A stretch of DNA of 64,000 nucleotides from the NCBI GenBank assembly GCA_964603095.1, contig CAZRTR010000001.1, forward strand, positions 8,723 through 72,722, written 5' to 3'. A program made the translations under genes and the position numbers. Of this stretch, positions 40,544 to 50,085 are shown piece by piece. The stretch is from an uncultured Planctomycetia bacterium (GTDB lineage Bacteria > Omnitrophota > Gorgyraeia > 1-14-0-20-64-10). The notes beneath the pieces are model-generated. The model saw nothing but the letters and a program-made list of their open reading frames with translations, was not told the DNA's origin and did not search any database. Within the stretch, counting starts at the first letter, position 1. Each line of letters opens with the position of its first letter.

Positions 40544-41650
40544 CGAGGATCCGTTGGGCGATCTGGGAGGCGGCGGCGGGTCGGCGGATCTCCTGGGACC
40601 TTCGGCTCAGATGTTCCAGCTCCTCGGGATGGTCCAGGAGGTGTTGGACGACCCCGGGAACCTGGGGGACCGATTTCGCCCACAGGGCGGCTCCCAGTTG
40701 AACCAGCACCTGGGCGTTGCGGGACTCCTGTCCGGGAATGGGAGAGACGAGCAAGAGAGGCAGCCCCTTGGCCAGGGCCTCGGCGCAGGTCAAGCCCCCC
40801 GCCTTGGTGACGATCAGATCGGAGACCGACATCAGCTCATCCATGTTGGAGATGAACCGGTAGACCTGCATCGGATGAGGGAATCGGTTTTTGAGGGCCT
40901 CGCACCGTTGGTACAGAAGGTCGTTGGTTCCCGCCACCACCAGCAGCTGGATTCGACCGGTCACCTTGCCCAACACATCCACCAGGGCCGGAATCGGCCC
41001 GGTCCCGGATCCTCCCGACCCGATCAGGAGGATGAACCGATCCGGCTCCAGCCCCAGCCGCCGCGCCAGCGCCGAGCGGTCATGGGAAAGGGAAAACTTC
41101 GGATCCACCGGGATTCCAAGCAGTTCAATCTTCCCGGAAGGGATTCCCCGGCGCAGCAGATCCTCCTTCGCCTGCGAGGAGCCGACCACGTAGGTGTCGA
41201 TGCCCGGCACCACCCAGAGGGCGTGGGGCAGATAATCGGTGATCACCGTCACGAGCCGGGCCGAAATCCGCCGGCTCTCCTTCAAATGGGCCGCCACCTC
41301 CATCGGGAGGAAATGGGTTCCGACGATCACCTCGGGCCGGGCGTTGAGGAGGATCGCCTCCAGCCCCCGCGCGTGCCGGCTGTTGCTGGTCCGGTGGAGC
41401 CACCGCACACCCCTTCGCAGGGTCGACAGGTCGGTCAAGTGATAAAGGATCCCCCAGATCTGTGGGGCCTGCTGGATGAGCCAAAGGTATCCTCGGGTAA
41501 AGCACCAGCGGTACCAGGGGTTTACCCCTTCCAAGGCGTTCAAAAGAACCACCTCGGCAGATCCCGAAGACCCCTTCAGGGATTGGGCGACCACCTCCGC
41601 GGCCCGTTGGTGTCCCGCCCCGGCCGGCACATGCGTGACAAGAATCTTCA
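40533..41650 (-). CDS. MGDG-synthase / UgtP-like diacylglycerol glycosyltransferase (GT28)
   Basis: VKILVTHVPAGAGH N-terminal domain plus a Glyco_tran_28_C-like C-terminal domain. A GTG start is assumed; the annotated ORF is over-extended to 41924. Confidence 0.65.
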
Positions 41651-42247
41651 CCCGGTCTCGCCCTTGGAGTTCCTTTGCTGACGCAGGATCCACCGAACCG
41701 CCTGGGGCAGGCCCTGGGCGATTCGGTCCGGAGAGACGGACAGCCGCCGAGCGGTGGACCTGGAGTGACGACCGGACAGGACCAGGACCGTGCGGCAGCC
41801 GCCGGATCGCCCCATCCGGATATCGACCTCGCTGTCCCCCACCAGGAAGGACCGCTTCAGATCGACGGCGAACCGCCGGGCCGCCTTCCGGAGCATCCCG
41901 GAGCGGGGTTTTCGGCAGGGGCATCCGTTTTCCGGGCGGTGGGTGCAGTAATAGACGGCCTGGATCCGGCCTCCCGCCTTTCGGATGGAGCGGAGCATTT
42001 CCCGGGTGATGGAGGTCAACCGTTGCCGGGGAAAGATCCCTCGACCCACACCGGACTGATTGGACAGGACAATCACCTTTTTCCCCCGCTCCTTCAGCAA
42101 CCGCAGGGCCTCCAGCGCGCCGGGGAGGAAGCGGAACTGCTTCCAGTCAGTGATGTACCGCTCTTGCGGGCAGGCGTTGATCACCCCGTCCCGGTCGAGG
42201 AAAATCGCCCCGTGGCTCTTCCCGTCACGCGCGGGGGCTCGACTCAT
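41648..42247 (-). CDS. gmhB: D-glycero-D-manno-heptose 1,7-bisphosphate phosphatase
   Basis: HAD-IIIA motifs (FLDRDGVIN, VLSNQSG) and a zinc-binding CxH...CxC (CTHRPENGCPCRKP). Confidence 0.8.
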   Translation of the reverse strand: MSRAPARDGKSHGAIFLDRDGVINACPQERYITDWKQFRFLPGALEALRLLKERGKKVIVLSNQSGVGRGIFPRQRLTSITREMLRSIRKAGGRIQAVYYCTHRPENGCPCRKPRSGMLRKAARRFAVDLKRSFLVGDSEVDIRMGRSGGCRTVLVLSGRHSRSTARRLSVSPDRIAQGLPQAVRWILRQQRNSKGETG

Positions 42248-43217
42248 GCGCAGTGGAGTGGGGTTTCACCTTGACTCGCCAATAGTCGAGGAGATCCTGC
42301 ATCGTCTTTTCGAAGGGGATCTCCGTCTTCCACCCCGTCAGCTGATGAAACTTGGTCCGGTCCCCCTTCAGGATCAGCACATCGCTGGGGCGAAGGCGCT
42401 GCGGATCCACCGCAACGGTGATCTTATGGGAGGTCAACCGGAGCAGAGTCTCCAGAACGTCACGGATGGAGCGGTCGACTCCCGAGCAGAGGTTATAAAC
42501 CTCTCCGGGTTTCCCGTGTTCCAGCGCCAGCCAATATCCGCGGACGATGTCCCGCACATCGCTGAAATCACGTCGGGCATCCAGATTTCCCACTTGGATG
42601 ACCGGCTCCTGGAGTCCGGCCTCGATCAGGGCGATCTGTTTTGCGAAGTTGGAGGTGGCGAAGACCTCTCCTCGACGGGGCCCCGTGTGGTTGAAGGCCC
42701 GGGTGCGGACGATGTGCATCTTGAAGCTTTGGGCATACTGGTAGCCCAGGAGGTCCTGGGTGACTTTGGAAACGGCGTAGGGGCTTAAGGGGCGCAGAGG
42801 GTTCGTCTCTTTGATGGGCAGCTCCTCCTCGTAGACCAGCCCGTACTCTTCCGAGCTTCCGGCCACCTGAATCCGTGTGGGCAGTCCGCATTCCCGGACG
42901 GCCTCCATGAGGTTGAGCTGTCCCAACGTGTTGGTCAACAGGGTCTCGGAGGGGGCGCTCCAGGACATCGGGACGAACGATTGAGCGGCCAGATGAAACA
43001 CCCGATCCGGTTTGACCGCCACGATCACGTTCCGAACGGAGGAGGCGTCCCGCACGTCGCACTCGTGCATCTGGATCCGATGCCGGAGATGCTCGATGTG
43101 GTCGGTCTTGCTGCGCCAGCGCTGAGTCCCAAAGATCTCGACCCCCTTCTGCTGGAGAAGAAACTCCGTCAAATGGCTTCCGACGAAGCCGGTGATTCCG
43201 GTAATCAAGACGCGCAT
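42225..43217 (-). CDS. NAD-dependent NDP-sugar epimerase/dehydratase (GDP-mannose-dehydratase/Rmd-like)
   Basis: MRVLITGITGFVGSHL, the YAVSK catalytic motif and C-terminal SDR-extended features. Only the last roughly 330 aa of the 738-aa annotated ORF look real. Confidence 0.75.
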   Translation of the reverse strand: MRVLITGITGFVGSHLTEFLLQQKGVEIFGTQRWRSKTDHIEHLRHRIQMHECDVRDASSVRNVIVAVKPDRVFHLAAQSFVPMSWSAPSETLLTNTLGQLNLMEAVRECGLPTRIQVAGSSEEYGLVYEEELPIKETNPLRPLSPYAVSKVTQDLLGYQYAQSFKMHIVRTRAFNHTGPRRGEVFATSNFAKQIALIEAGLQEPVIQVGNLDARRDFSDVRDIVRGYWLALEHGKPGEVYNLCSGVDRSIRDVLETLLRLTSHKITVAVDPQRLRPSDVLILKGDRTKFHQLTGWKTEIPFEKTMQDLLDYWRVKVKPHSTAHESSPRA

Positions 43218-44821
43218 GTGGACTCCTGTTGTTCCCAGACCTTCGCCCAGATCATGAAATGGACAAAACTGTACAGCCCGCAGAAGATCAGGCCTACCTT
43301 CCCTTCCCGGAAACCCTGTTTCTTGACGTACAGCTTCCAGAAAAGCTTCAAGGGCCGGATCCTCATCTGGGCACGCAGCTCCGACTCCGGAACCCTCTGT
43401 CGCTTTTCCAGGATCTCTTGGGCCTCCAGAGAGGTGTATCGGTTTTGCCGGCTTAAGAACTGTTCCAGCGACTGGAAGGGGAGATGCTCCACGGGGGCCT
43501 CCAGGACTCCGATGGAACCGTCCACGATCAGATCGTGGTGGACCCGCCCCCGGTAGAAGGCCTTCCCCCTCCGAAACAGGTGAAGCGAATAATGATACCA
43601 CCCTCCGTGCCGCATCCAGCGCCCCAGAAAACGGTTCTTCCTCCGGAACCGGAAGGCGGCATACGGTGTGGAGTCGCTGAGCATCTCCTCCGCCGCCCGA
43701 CGGAATTCGGGCGTCACCCGGTCGTCCGCGTCCAGCTGGAGGATCCAGTCCTTCGTGGCCTGCGCGTTGCCGATGTTCCGTTCCTGCCCGAAATCCCCCT
43801 CGAAACGGTGGGTGATCACCTTCGCTCCATAGGAGCGACAGATCTCCGGGGTTCCGTCCGAGCTTTCCCCGTCCACCACGATGATCTCGTCCGCCCAGCG
43901 GACCCGTTCCAGGCACTGGGCGATCTGCGCCGCTTCGTTCTTCGTCAGAATCACGACGGACAGCGTGGCCCGGGAGGTGGCTGAGCTCTTCGTTCTCTCT
44001 GGACCCTCCCTCCCCTGTTCCCCGTCCCCTCTCCCCTGCTCCACCGCCCCCTGTTTCAGATGCCAGACCTTGGCGTAGCTTAGGAACTGGTACATCCCCG
44101 CCAGGACCGCGACGACGAATCCTAAGATGCCGTCTTTGTACCCCTCCTTGCCGCGATAGCTGCGCAGGAAGCGGTCCAGCGACCGCCAAAGGGCCTTGGG
44201 CGCCGTCATCCGCCTGCCGTCCAGGATCCATTTCTGGGCCTCCAGGGTGGTCTGCCGATTCAGCTTCTCGACAAAATCGGCCAGATCCCGGTAGGAATAG
44301 TGGAGGATGTCCCCTTTCAGGGTTCCCCAGGGCCGGTCCGTCAGCGCCCGGGGGTGAACGGTCGTCTCTTCCCAACGGAACAGGGATCGCCGGAACAGCT
44401 TCACCTGGGCGCTGGGGTACCAGCCCCCGTATCGGATCCATCGGTTTCCGATGTAGTTGCGTCGGGGGATCGAGTAGACGTCCTGTTCCGGTCCCCGATC
44501 AAAGAGGGCCCGGATCTCTCCGGCCAGCTCCGGGCTGACCCGCTCGTCGGCGTCCAGACTGAGGATCCAGTCGTGCTTGGCTTGGGCGTAGGCCCAGTTC
44601 CGATGGCGTCCTTCGATGTCCATCCGACGCTGGAAGATCCGATCGGTGTAACGCCGCGCCACCTCCAGGGTGCGATCGGTCGATTCGTCATCCACCACAA
44701 CGATCTCGGTTGCCCAGGAGACCGAGTCCAGGCACTCGGCCAGGCGCCCGGCTTCGTTTTTGGTCAGGACGACGACCGAGAGCGGCAATGAAATTACCGC
44801 AGGAAGTGGTCGCGTCTCCAT
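43205..44821 (-). CDS. tandem-duplicated GT2 glycosyltransferase (two WaaE/KdtX-like domains fused)
   Basis: Two collinear GT2 modules (LSVVVLTKNEA...ILSLDADERV and LSVVILTKNEA...ILQLDADDRV) are joined by a Gly/Glu/Arg-rich linker. The start is trimmed to METRPL/MSDTV. Confidence 0.7.
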   Translation of the reverse strand: METRPLPAVISLPLSVVVLTKNEAGRLAECLDSVSWATEIVVVDDESTDRTLEVARRYTDRIFQRRMDIEGRHRNWAYAQAKHDWILSLDADERVSPELAGEIRALFDRGPEQDVYSIPRRNYIGNRWIRYGGWYPSAQVKLFRRSLFRWEETTVHPRALTDRPWGTLKGDILHYSYRDLADFVEKLNRQTTLEAQKWILDGRRMTAPKALWRSLDRFLRSYRGKEGYKDGILGFVVAVLAGMYQFLSYAKVWHLKQGAVEQGRGDGEQGREGPERTKSSATSRATLSVVILTKNEAAQIAQCLERVRWADEIIVVDGESSDGTPEICRSYGAKVITHRFEGDFGQERNIGNAQATKDWILQLDADDRVTPEFRRAAEEMLSDSTPYAAFRFRRKNRFLGRWMRHGGWYHYSLHLFRRGKAFYRGRVHHDLIVDGSIGVLEAPVEHLPFQSLEQFLSRQNRYTSLEAQEILEKRQRVPESELRAQMRIRPLKLFWKLYVKKQGFREGKVGLIFCGLYSFVHFMIWAKVWEQQESTCAS

Positions 44822-45927
44822 TAACGCGGACCCGACGCAGAGCGGGACAGTGTCCGACATTGGCTCAGAACCTCTTGCGCCGTCGGCTGTTCGAGGAGCC
44901 GGGCGCGGTGGAGCCCCTTCAAGCGGGTGACCCATCCGGACCAGGCCGGGTCTTGACTGATGACCAGGTCGTACGGCTTCTTCCTTTTCCAGAGGAGTCG
45001 AAGCAGCGCCCGGCGGCGCCAGTTGAGCGGTGTGGCGTCCAAGCGGCTGACCTGGGCGTGCGAGGCGATTTCCCGAGGGAGGGCCTCCGGCGGCCCCACA
45101 AAGCAGAACCAGTGTCCCTGTTCCAGCAGCTGAAGCACCTGAGGGACGGGGATCGGAGCCGGCGAGGAGGGGGCCGGCAGGGGGGCCCAGAGGATCCTCA
45201 GGCGGCGGCCCCACCGCTGCTCGAAACGCCTGCGGTTGGCCTCAAAGTCCCGCTTCCACCCTGGGAGAAGACGGAAACTGGCCTTCTCGTCATGATGCAC
45301 GTAGGCGGCACAGGCCCGTGCGCAGGTCAGCCCCTCATCCCGGGCCCGCCGCGACAGGTCGTCGTCGTCAAAGTTCCCCATCCCGAACGATTCATCCAGA
45401 AACCCGATCCGCTCAAACAGGGAGCGCCTCGCCAGCAGGCAGAATCCCAGGGCCGTGGAGAGCTCCGTCCAGCGGCCCGACTCGGCCTTGAGACCGGCGG
45501 CGTAATCCGCCAACGGGGTCTTCCCCGGATGGAATCCTAGAGAGTTGCTCGTGGGGTTCACCAGACCGATCTTCGGGTCGCTCCGAGCGACCTTCAGCAT
45601 CTCGGTCAGCCACCCGGGCGTGACGATCGTATCGTTGTTGAGCAGGCAAACCCATGGGCCTCGCGAGCATCGGAGCCCCTGGTTGCTTGCCCGGATGAAC
45701 CCCAGGTTGGAGTCGTTTCGGATGATCTGCGTCGGAAGACGGCTCTCGGCTTGGAATTGATCGAGCGCCCGGCGGGTGGGAGGTTGGCTTCCATTGTCCA
45801 CCAGGATCAGCCGGATCGGCTCCTCGGTGGAGGCCAGGACGCTCTCCAGGCATCGCTTCGTCAGCTCGAGCTGATTCCAGATGGGGATGATGATGTCACA
45901 GGTCGCGGCGTCAGAGGCGGCCGTCAT
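44821..45927 (-). CDS. GT2 glycosyltransferase with a roughly 130-aa C-terminal extension
   Basis: CDIIIPIWNQ...ILVDNGS...LLNNDT are GT-A fold motifs. Confidence 0.75.
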   Translation of the reverse strand: MTAASDAATCDIIIPIWNQLELTKRCLESVLASTEEPIRLILVDNGSQPPTRRALDQFQAESRLPTQIIRNDSNLGFIRASNQGLRCSRGPWVCLLNNDTIVTPGWLTEMLKVARSDPKIGLVNPTSNSLGFHPGKTPLADYAAGLKAESGRWTELSTALGFCLLARRSLFERIGFLDESFGMGNFDDDDLSRRARDEGLTCARACAAYVHHDEKASFRLLPGWKRDFEANRRRFEQRWGRRLRILWAPLPAPSSPAPIPVPQVLQLLEQGHWFCFVGPPEALPREIASHAQVSRLDATPLNWRRRALLRLLWKRKKPYDLVISQDPAWSGWVTRLKGLHRARLLEQPTAQEVLSQCRTLSRSASGPR

Positions 45928-46765
45928 CTCGGATCACCTCCAACGGGTAATAGGGATGCCGCCGCATGACTTCCGGAAGGTCTTGCAAATCATGCTCGAC
46001 GGCCCGGGGAAACTTGGGGGGATCCGTCGGGTGGATGTTCTCCATCCGGCGTTTGTCCGGCCAGGCGAGCCACACCCTCTCGTACCAGCCCTCCAGGATT
46101 TCCTTCGCGTGCGGGAAGGTCAGCAGCTTCTCACGCATCCGGCCCGGCGAACGGGCGTAGGAGAAATGGTAGAACGCCGCCTTCTCCGGAGAAAACTCAT
46201 AGACCTTTCCCCGGCTGTTCAGGTCATTGATCCCGACGAAGCGAAGCCGATGAGGGAATGGAAGTCCAAGGATCCGCCGGTGGCGGGTCAATTTGAAGAT
46301 CCGCCGAGGTCGCCAGGAGAGCGTCTCCGGCGGAATCCGGTATCGGAAAGAGCGCCAGAAGGTGTGGCATTTGATGATGAAGGTTCCGACCTCCGGATGT
46401 TCGGCGATCGTCCGGAGGATGTGCTCCAACTGGTCGAGCCGGTAGACCTCATCCCCATCCACCAGGAAGTAGTAATCCATCCCCAACTCCAGGCAGAGGC
46501 CCAGACCGGCGTCCCGGTGTTCCAGTTGGGAAGGCCACCTTCCCTTGATGACCCGGATCTTTCCCGGGAACTCCCTCGCCAGTGAGTCTGCGATCTGCTC
46601 CGTTCCATCCGGTGGGAAGACATTGGCGGCCTTCGATCCATACGCCGTGTAGGGAGCCAGCCCCAGCAAAAGGATCACCTGATCCGCCACCGGCAACACC
46701 GAACGGACCGAGTAGGCCAGATACTCCGCTTCGTTGTGCACGCAGTAAACCGCTGCGATCTTCAC
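45911..46765 (-). CDS. GT-A-fold glycosyltransferase-like protein (DxD motif)
   Basis: VYCVHNEAEYL and LVDGDEVY fit the nucleotide-diphospho-sugar transferase family. The exact family is unclear. Confidence 0.55.
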   Translation of the reverse strand: MKIAAVYCVHNEAEYLAYSVRSVLPVADQVILLLGLAPYTAYGSKAANVFPPDGTEQIADSLAREFPGKIRVIKGRWPSQLEHRDAGLGLCLELGMDYYFLVDGDEVYRLDQLEHILRTIAEHPEVGTFIIKCHTFWRSFRYRIPPETLSWRPRRIFKLTRHRRILGLPFPHRLRFVGINDLNSRGKVYEFSPEKAAFYHFSYARSPGRMREKLLTFPHAKEILEGWYERVWLAWPDKRRMENIHPTDPPKFPRAVEHDLQDLPEVMRRHPYYPLEVIRDDGRL

Positions 46766-47730
46766 GAGGGCTCCCGCTCGATCCTTTCCCCGCGGACGAA
46801 TTCATCCCGGACCCAATAGAGGGGCCGGGCCTTGATCTCATCGAAGATGACGGCCAGGTATTCGGAGATGATGGCCAGCACGACCGACTGCACGAATCCC
46901 ATCATCCCCAGCAGGGTGGTGTAGGTGGCCCATCCGGGGATGGCCAGATGGGTGAAGAGCCGAACCCCGATAGCGCTTAGGCCTAGCAGAAAAAGGAGCA
47001 GCCCGAAGGAGAGGGATGCGAAACTGGCGTATCGCAAGGGGACTTTGGAGAAGGAGATCAGGGCGGTCAGGGCCAATTGAAGCAGGCCGCCGATTCCCAC
47101 CCTGCTCCTCCCATGTTTCCTCTCGGGACGATCGTAGGCAAGCGAGACGGACTCCCCTCCGATCCAGGCGCGAAGCCCTGAGAAATAGCGGTTCCGTTCC
47201 GGCAAGCGGTTGAAGACATCCACGATCCGCCGGTCCATCAGGCAGAAGGTGCCGGCCTGCTGCGGAATCTGGGCCTCTGTGATCTTTGCCAGGATCCGGT
47301 AGAACAAGGAGGTCATCCCTCGAATGAGAAAATTCTCCCGGCGCCGGGTCCGCAGCCCATACACGGTCTGGCAGCCGGCGCGCCATCGCTCCATCAATTT
47401 CGGGATCAGCTCGGGGGGATCTTGAAGGTCCCCATCCATGACGACCACCGCCTGCCCTCGAGCCAGGGCGATCCCCGCGCTCAGGGCCGGCATGTGTCCG
47501 AAGTTGCGCAGCAGATTGACCACCCTTAACTCCGGGACGCGGCGGCTTAGGGCGACGAGGCGGGGCTCGGTTTCATCCCGGCTGCCGTCGTTCACCACCA
47601 GAAACTCGAAATCGACCCCCATCGGACGGCAGCTGTCCACCACGCGGTCGACCAGCTCCTCCACCGTCTCCTCTTCATTGAAGACGGGAGCCACCACGGA
47701 TAAGACGGGAGGGCCCGATTTAGAGGTCAT
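46762..47730 (-). CDS. polyprenol-phosphate glycosyltransferase (ArnC/DPM1-like GT2)
   Basis: LSVVAPVFNEEE, VVMDGDLQDPPE, and two C-terminal TM helices typical of Und-P sugar transferases. Confidence 0.8.
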   Translation of the reverse strand: MTSKSGPPVLSVVAPVFNEEETVEELVDRVVDSCRPMGVDFEFLVVNDGSRDETEPRLVALSRRVPELRVVNLLRNFGHMPALSAGIALARGQAVVVMDGDLQDPPELIPKLMERWRAGCQTVYGLRTRRRENFLIRGMTSLFYRILAKITEAQIPQQAGTFCLMDRRIVDVFNRLPERNRYFSGLRAWIGGESVSLAYDRPERKHGRSRVGIGGLLQLALTALISFSKVPLRYASFASLSFGLLLFLLGLSAIGVRLFTHLAIPGWATYTTLLGMMGFVQSVVLAIISEYLAVIFDEIKARPLYWVRDEFVRGERIEREPS

Positions 47731-48529
47731 GCCCCACCGGTCGGTGTCGGGGTTGAAGGGGACCCGCTTCCCTGCGCAAGAGAGCGATCAAGCTCACGCC
47801 GAAGGGGTATCCTTGTCTGCGCTTCCCGGACAGCAGGTCGACGAGGGCCTTGGCCTCCCCCGCGAAGATCTTCTCCAGCACCCGGTTGATCGGCGCCGGC
47901 GGCAGCCGGAAGTCGGTTCCTTCCAGCCCGTCCGTCTTTCTTCGAATCCGGTTCAAGAACCGTATCCCTCGCACGATCGGATAGAGGCGGCTGTTGTAAT
48001 GGGAGACCAGCAGGGGCGTGAGCGGCAGCCCTTCCCACAGGCGCTCCAGGCGTTTCCGGTCGTATCGCCGATAGTGGCCGAAGCTGACGTCGTGGGGGCT
48101 CCATAAGGACATATCGGCCGGGACCGTCAGCAGAAGAACGGCTCCCGGCTTGGCCATCGACATCAGCTCCGATAGAAACAAGAAATCGTCGGGCAGATGC
48201 TCCAGCACGTCCATCAAGAGGAGCAGATCCCCCTGGTTTAAGATCTTGGAGAGGTCCCCCAGGTGACCGGCGGTGAAGAAACGGGCCTTGGGGTTCCGGT
48301 CGCGGGCCCTTCGGATCGCCTCGGCGGAGGCGTCGATCCCGATACACGGGTACTCCTCCGACCATGCCGTCAGGTTCCCGCCGGTTCCGCAGCCGACGTC
48401 CACAATGACTCCCTGAGAGCGAGGGGGCAGCAGATGACCGACCAGAGCGCCGGCGATCCGTCTGCGCCCGAGGAACCACCAGTGCCTCTCCTCCATCCGA
48501 GAATGGAGGGAAAACAACTCCGCTTTCAC
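47720..48529 (-). CDS. class I SAM-dependent methyltransferase
   Basis: VIVDVGCGTGGN motif I. Confidence 0.75.
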   Translation of the reverse strand: MKAELFSLHSRMEERHWWFLGRRRIAGALVGHLLPPRSQGVIVDVGCGTGGNLTAWSEEYPCIGIDASAEAIRRARDRNPKARFFTAGHLGDLSKILNQGDLLLLMDVLEHLPDDFLFLSELMSMAKPGAVLLLTVPADMSLWSPHDVSFGHYRRYDRKRLERLWEGLPLTPLLVSHYNSRLYPIVRGIRFLNRIRRKTDGLEGTDFRLPPAPINRVLEKIFAGEAKALVDLLSGKRRQGYPFGVSLIALLRREAGPLQPRHRPVGHDL

Positions 48530-50085
48530 TGGGGGGCTCTCCGCTTCTGAAATAGGATGACGGGAGGGGCTTCGCGATCGGTCTGAAAACGGTGGTACCC
48601 TGGGTCGGGTCGATTTTGCCAGGGGATGTCGGGAGCGTCAAGGAGAACTTTGCGGTAGCGGGATTGGATTTTCTCGTAGTAGGGGCTGTCGAAGAATCCG
48701 GAGGGAAGCCAATCCCGTCTCAGGATGATCCAGTCCGGGAATGTCTCTTGCCCGAAATCGGCCGGGGATCGGCTCGGTTCCACCTGCAGATCCGTGTAAA
48801 AGAGGATCGGGTGCTCCTCGTAGGGGACCTTGACGGTTTCCCCGGGATGGGCCCGCTCTCCGAGCCATTCGATGATTCCATCCACCGGGCCCCGATAGGG
48901 ATGGCTCAGCTCCCCGAGGAATTCCAGGATCAGAGAACGAGGCCGGACGTCGGGAGAAGACAGATGCGAGCGGATCACCGGCACCTGAGCGGCCAGGACC
49001 GACGGTCCCGAGTAATGAACCAGGTCGGACAGGATCAGCAGCGCCGTGAGAGTGATCCCCAGCCATCGCCGGGCCCGAAACAATCGGATCAACAGAACCG
49101 CCTGGACCAGGTAGAACCAGGGAACCAGATGGATCAGATAACGGAAGTGCCTCTGCTCCGGAATGAGAATGAGGAAGCCGAGCCCGACGCCGATCAGGCA
49201 GCCCACCAGTCGCCATGCCGGTCGTTCAGGGGACGCGGGAGCGCCCCCCATGTTTTCCCCCCGCGGACGGAGCGGGAGCCACGCCAAACCCCAGAACACC
49301 ACCGGAACAAGGAATCGGTTGATCTGACGGAAGTAAAACTGGAGATGATGTCGGATCTGGTCCCAGGAGAAGGGCTGGTGATGCTGTTCCGCTTGGAGGA
49401 AGACCATCCAGGGAAGAGTCAGGGCCGCGACACTCCCTACCACGAGGATTCCGTGGAAGCGGTCTCTCCTCTCGGGTTGAGTCCAAGCAAAGTGGAGCGC
49501 CAAAGAGGCCACGACCGGCAGGAAAGCCCCGTGGTTGGCGTGGAAGAGCAGGACGGAACTCAAAACCAATTCGGGTCCGGACCATCGGCGATGGTGCAAG
49601 AAGCGCCAATAGGCCGATACCACCCAGAGGGAGAAGAAAACGGCCGGCGCGTAATACCGACACTGGCGCATGTGGAGCAGAAGCGGGACCGAGGTGACGA
49701 GGAACAGGAGTGTCAGTCGCGCCACGCCGGGATCTCGGACAAGGCGCTTCATCAACGAGAAGGCCAATCCGATGCTGGCCAACCCGAGAAGGGCGAAAGG
49801 CAGCCGGGCCGCGAGGGTGCTGGGTCCTAGAAGCCAGAACGAGCCGGCGGCCATATACATCGGAAGCCAGGAATGGTACGTCCAGGCGTATCCCCTTCCC
49901 GTCGGAAGGGCCGGATTCAGATGGTTGACGCCGTCGAAGGCGCGGGGGTATCCGTAGCGGAGGGTGTTTCGCCCCAGCACCGCCGTTTCCGCCTCGTCCT
50001 GCCAGAGCCGGCCGTTGCCGAGTTGACTCAACAGGAGCGCCGCTGCCAAGGCCAACAGGGCGGCACCCGTCGGATCCGGCTTCAC
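48526..50085 (-). CDS. ArnT/PMT-like membrane glycosyltransferase (GT39/GT83 family)
   Basis: First-loop DE motif (RLWQDEAETAVLGRN), many TM helices and a C-terminal soluble domain. A GTG start overlaps the upstream TGA (GTGA). Confidence 0.7.
   Translation of the reverse strand: MKPDPTGAALLALAAALLLSQLGNGRLWQDEAETAVLGRNTLRYGYPRAFDGVNHLNPALPTGRGYAWTYHSWLPMYMAAGSFWLLGPSTLAARLPFALLGLASIGLAFSLMKRLVRDPGVARLTLLFLVTSVPLLLHMRQCRYYAPAVFFSLWVVSAYWRFLHHRRWSGPELVLSSVLLFHANHGAFLPVVASLALHFAWTQPERRDRFHGILVVGSVAALTLPWMVFLQAEQHHQPFSWDQIRHHLQFYFRQINRFLVPVVFWGLAWLPLRPRGENMGGAPASPERPAWRLVGCLIGVGLGFLILIPEQRHFRYLIHLVPWFYLVQAVLLIRLFRARRWLGITLTALLILSDLVHYSGPSVLAAQVPVIRSHLSSPDVRPRSLILEFLGELSHPYRGPVDGIIEWLGERAHPGETVKVPYEEHPILFYTDLQVEPSRSPADFGQETFPDWIILRRDWLPSGFFDSPYYEKIQSRYRKVLLDAPDIPWQNRPDPGYHRFQTDREAPPVILFQKRRAPQ

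Noticed and set aside
40533-41924. 91-codon N-terminal extension of the MGDG-synthase-like ORF, and similar extensions on secG, tpiA, thiG, rpsI, rplM, gap, oppA and pgk
   Set aside because: High-GC DNA lacks stop codons. The conserved N-termini and SD-like sequences indicate internal starts, so the genes were trimmed accordingly.
42225-44441. 738-aa annotated ORF
   Set aside because: Only the last roughly 330 codons (42225..43217) look like a real SDR epimerase/dehydratase starting MRVLITGITG. The upstream 400 codons are Gly/Arg/Pro-rich, lie antisense to the GT2 fusion gene, and are treated as an over-extension.
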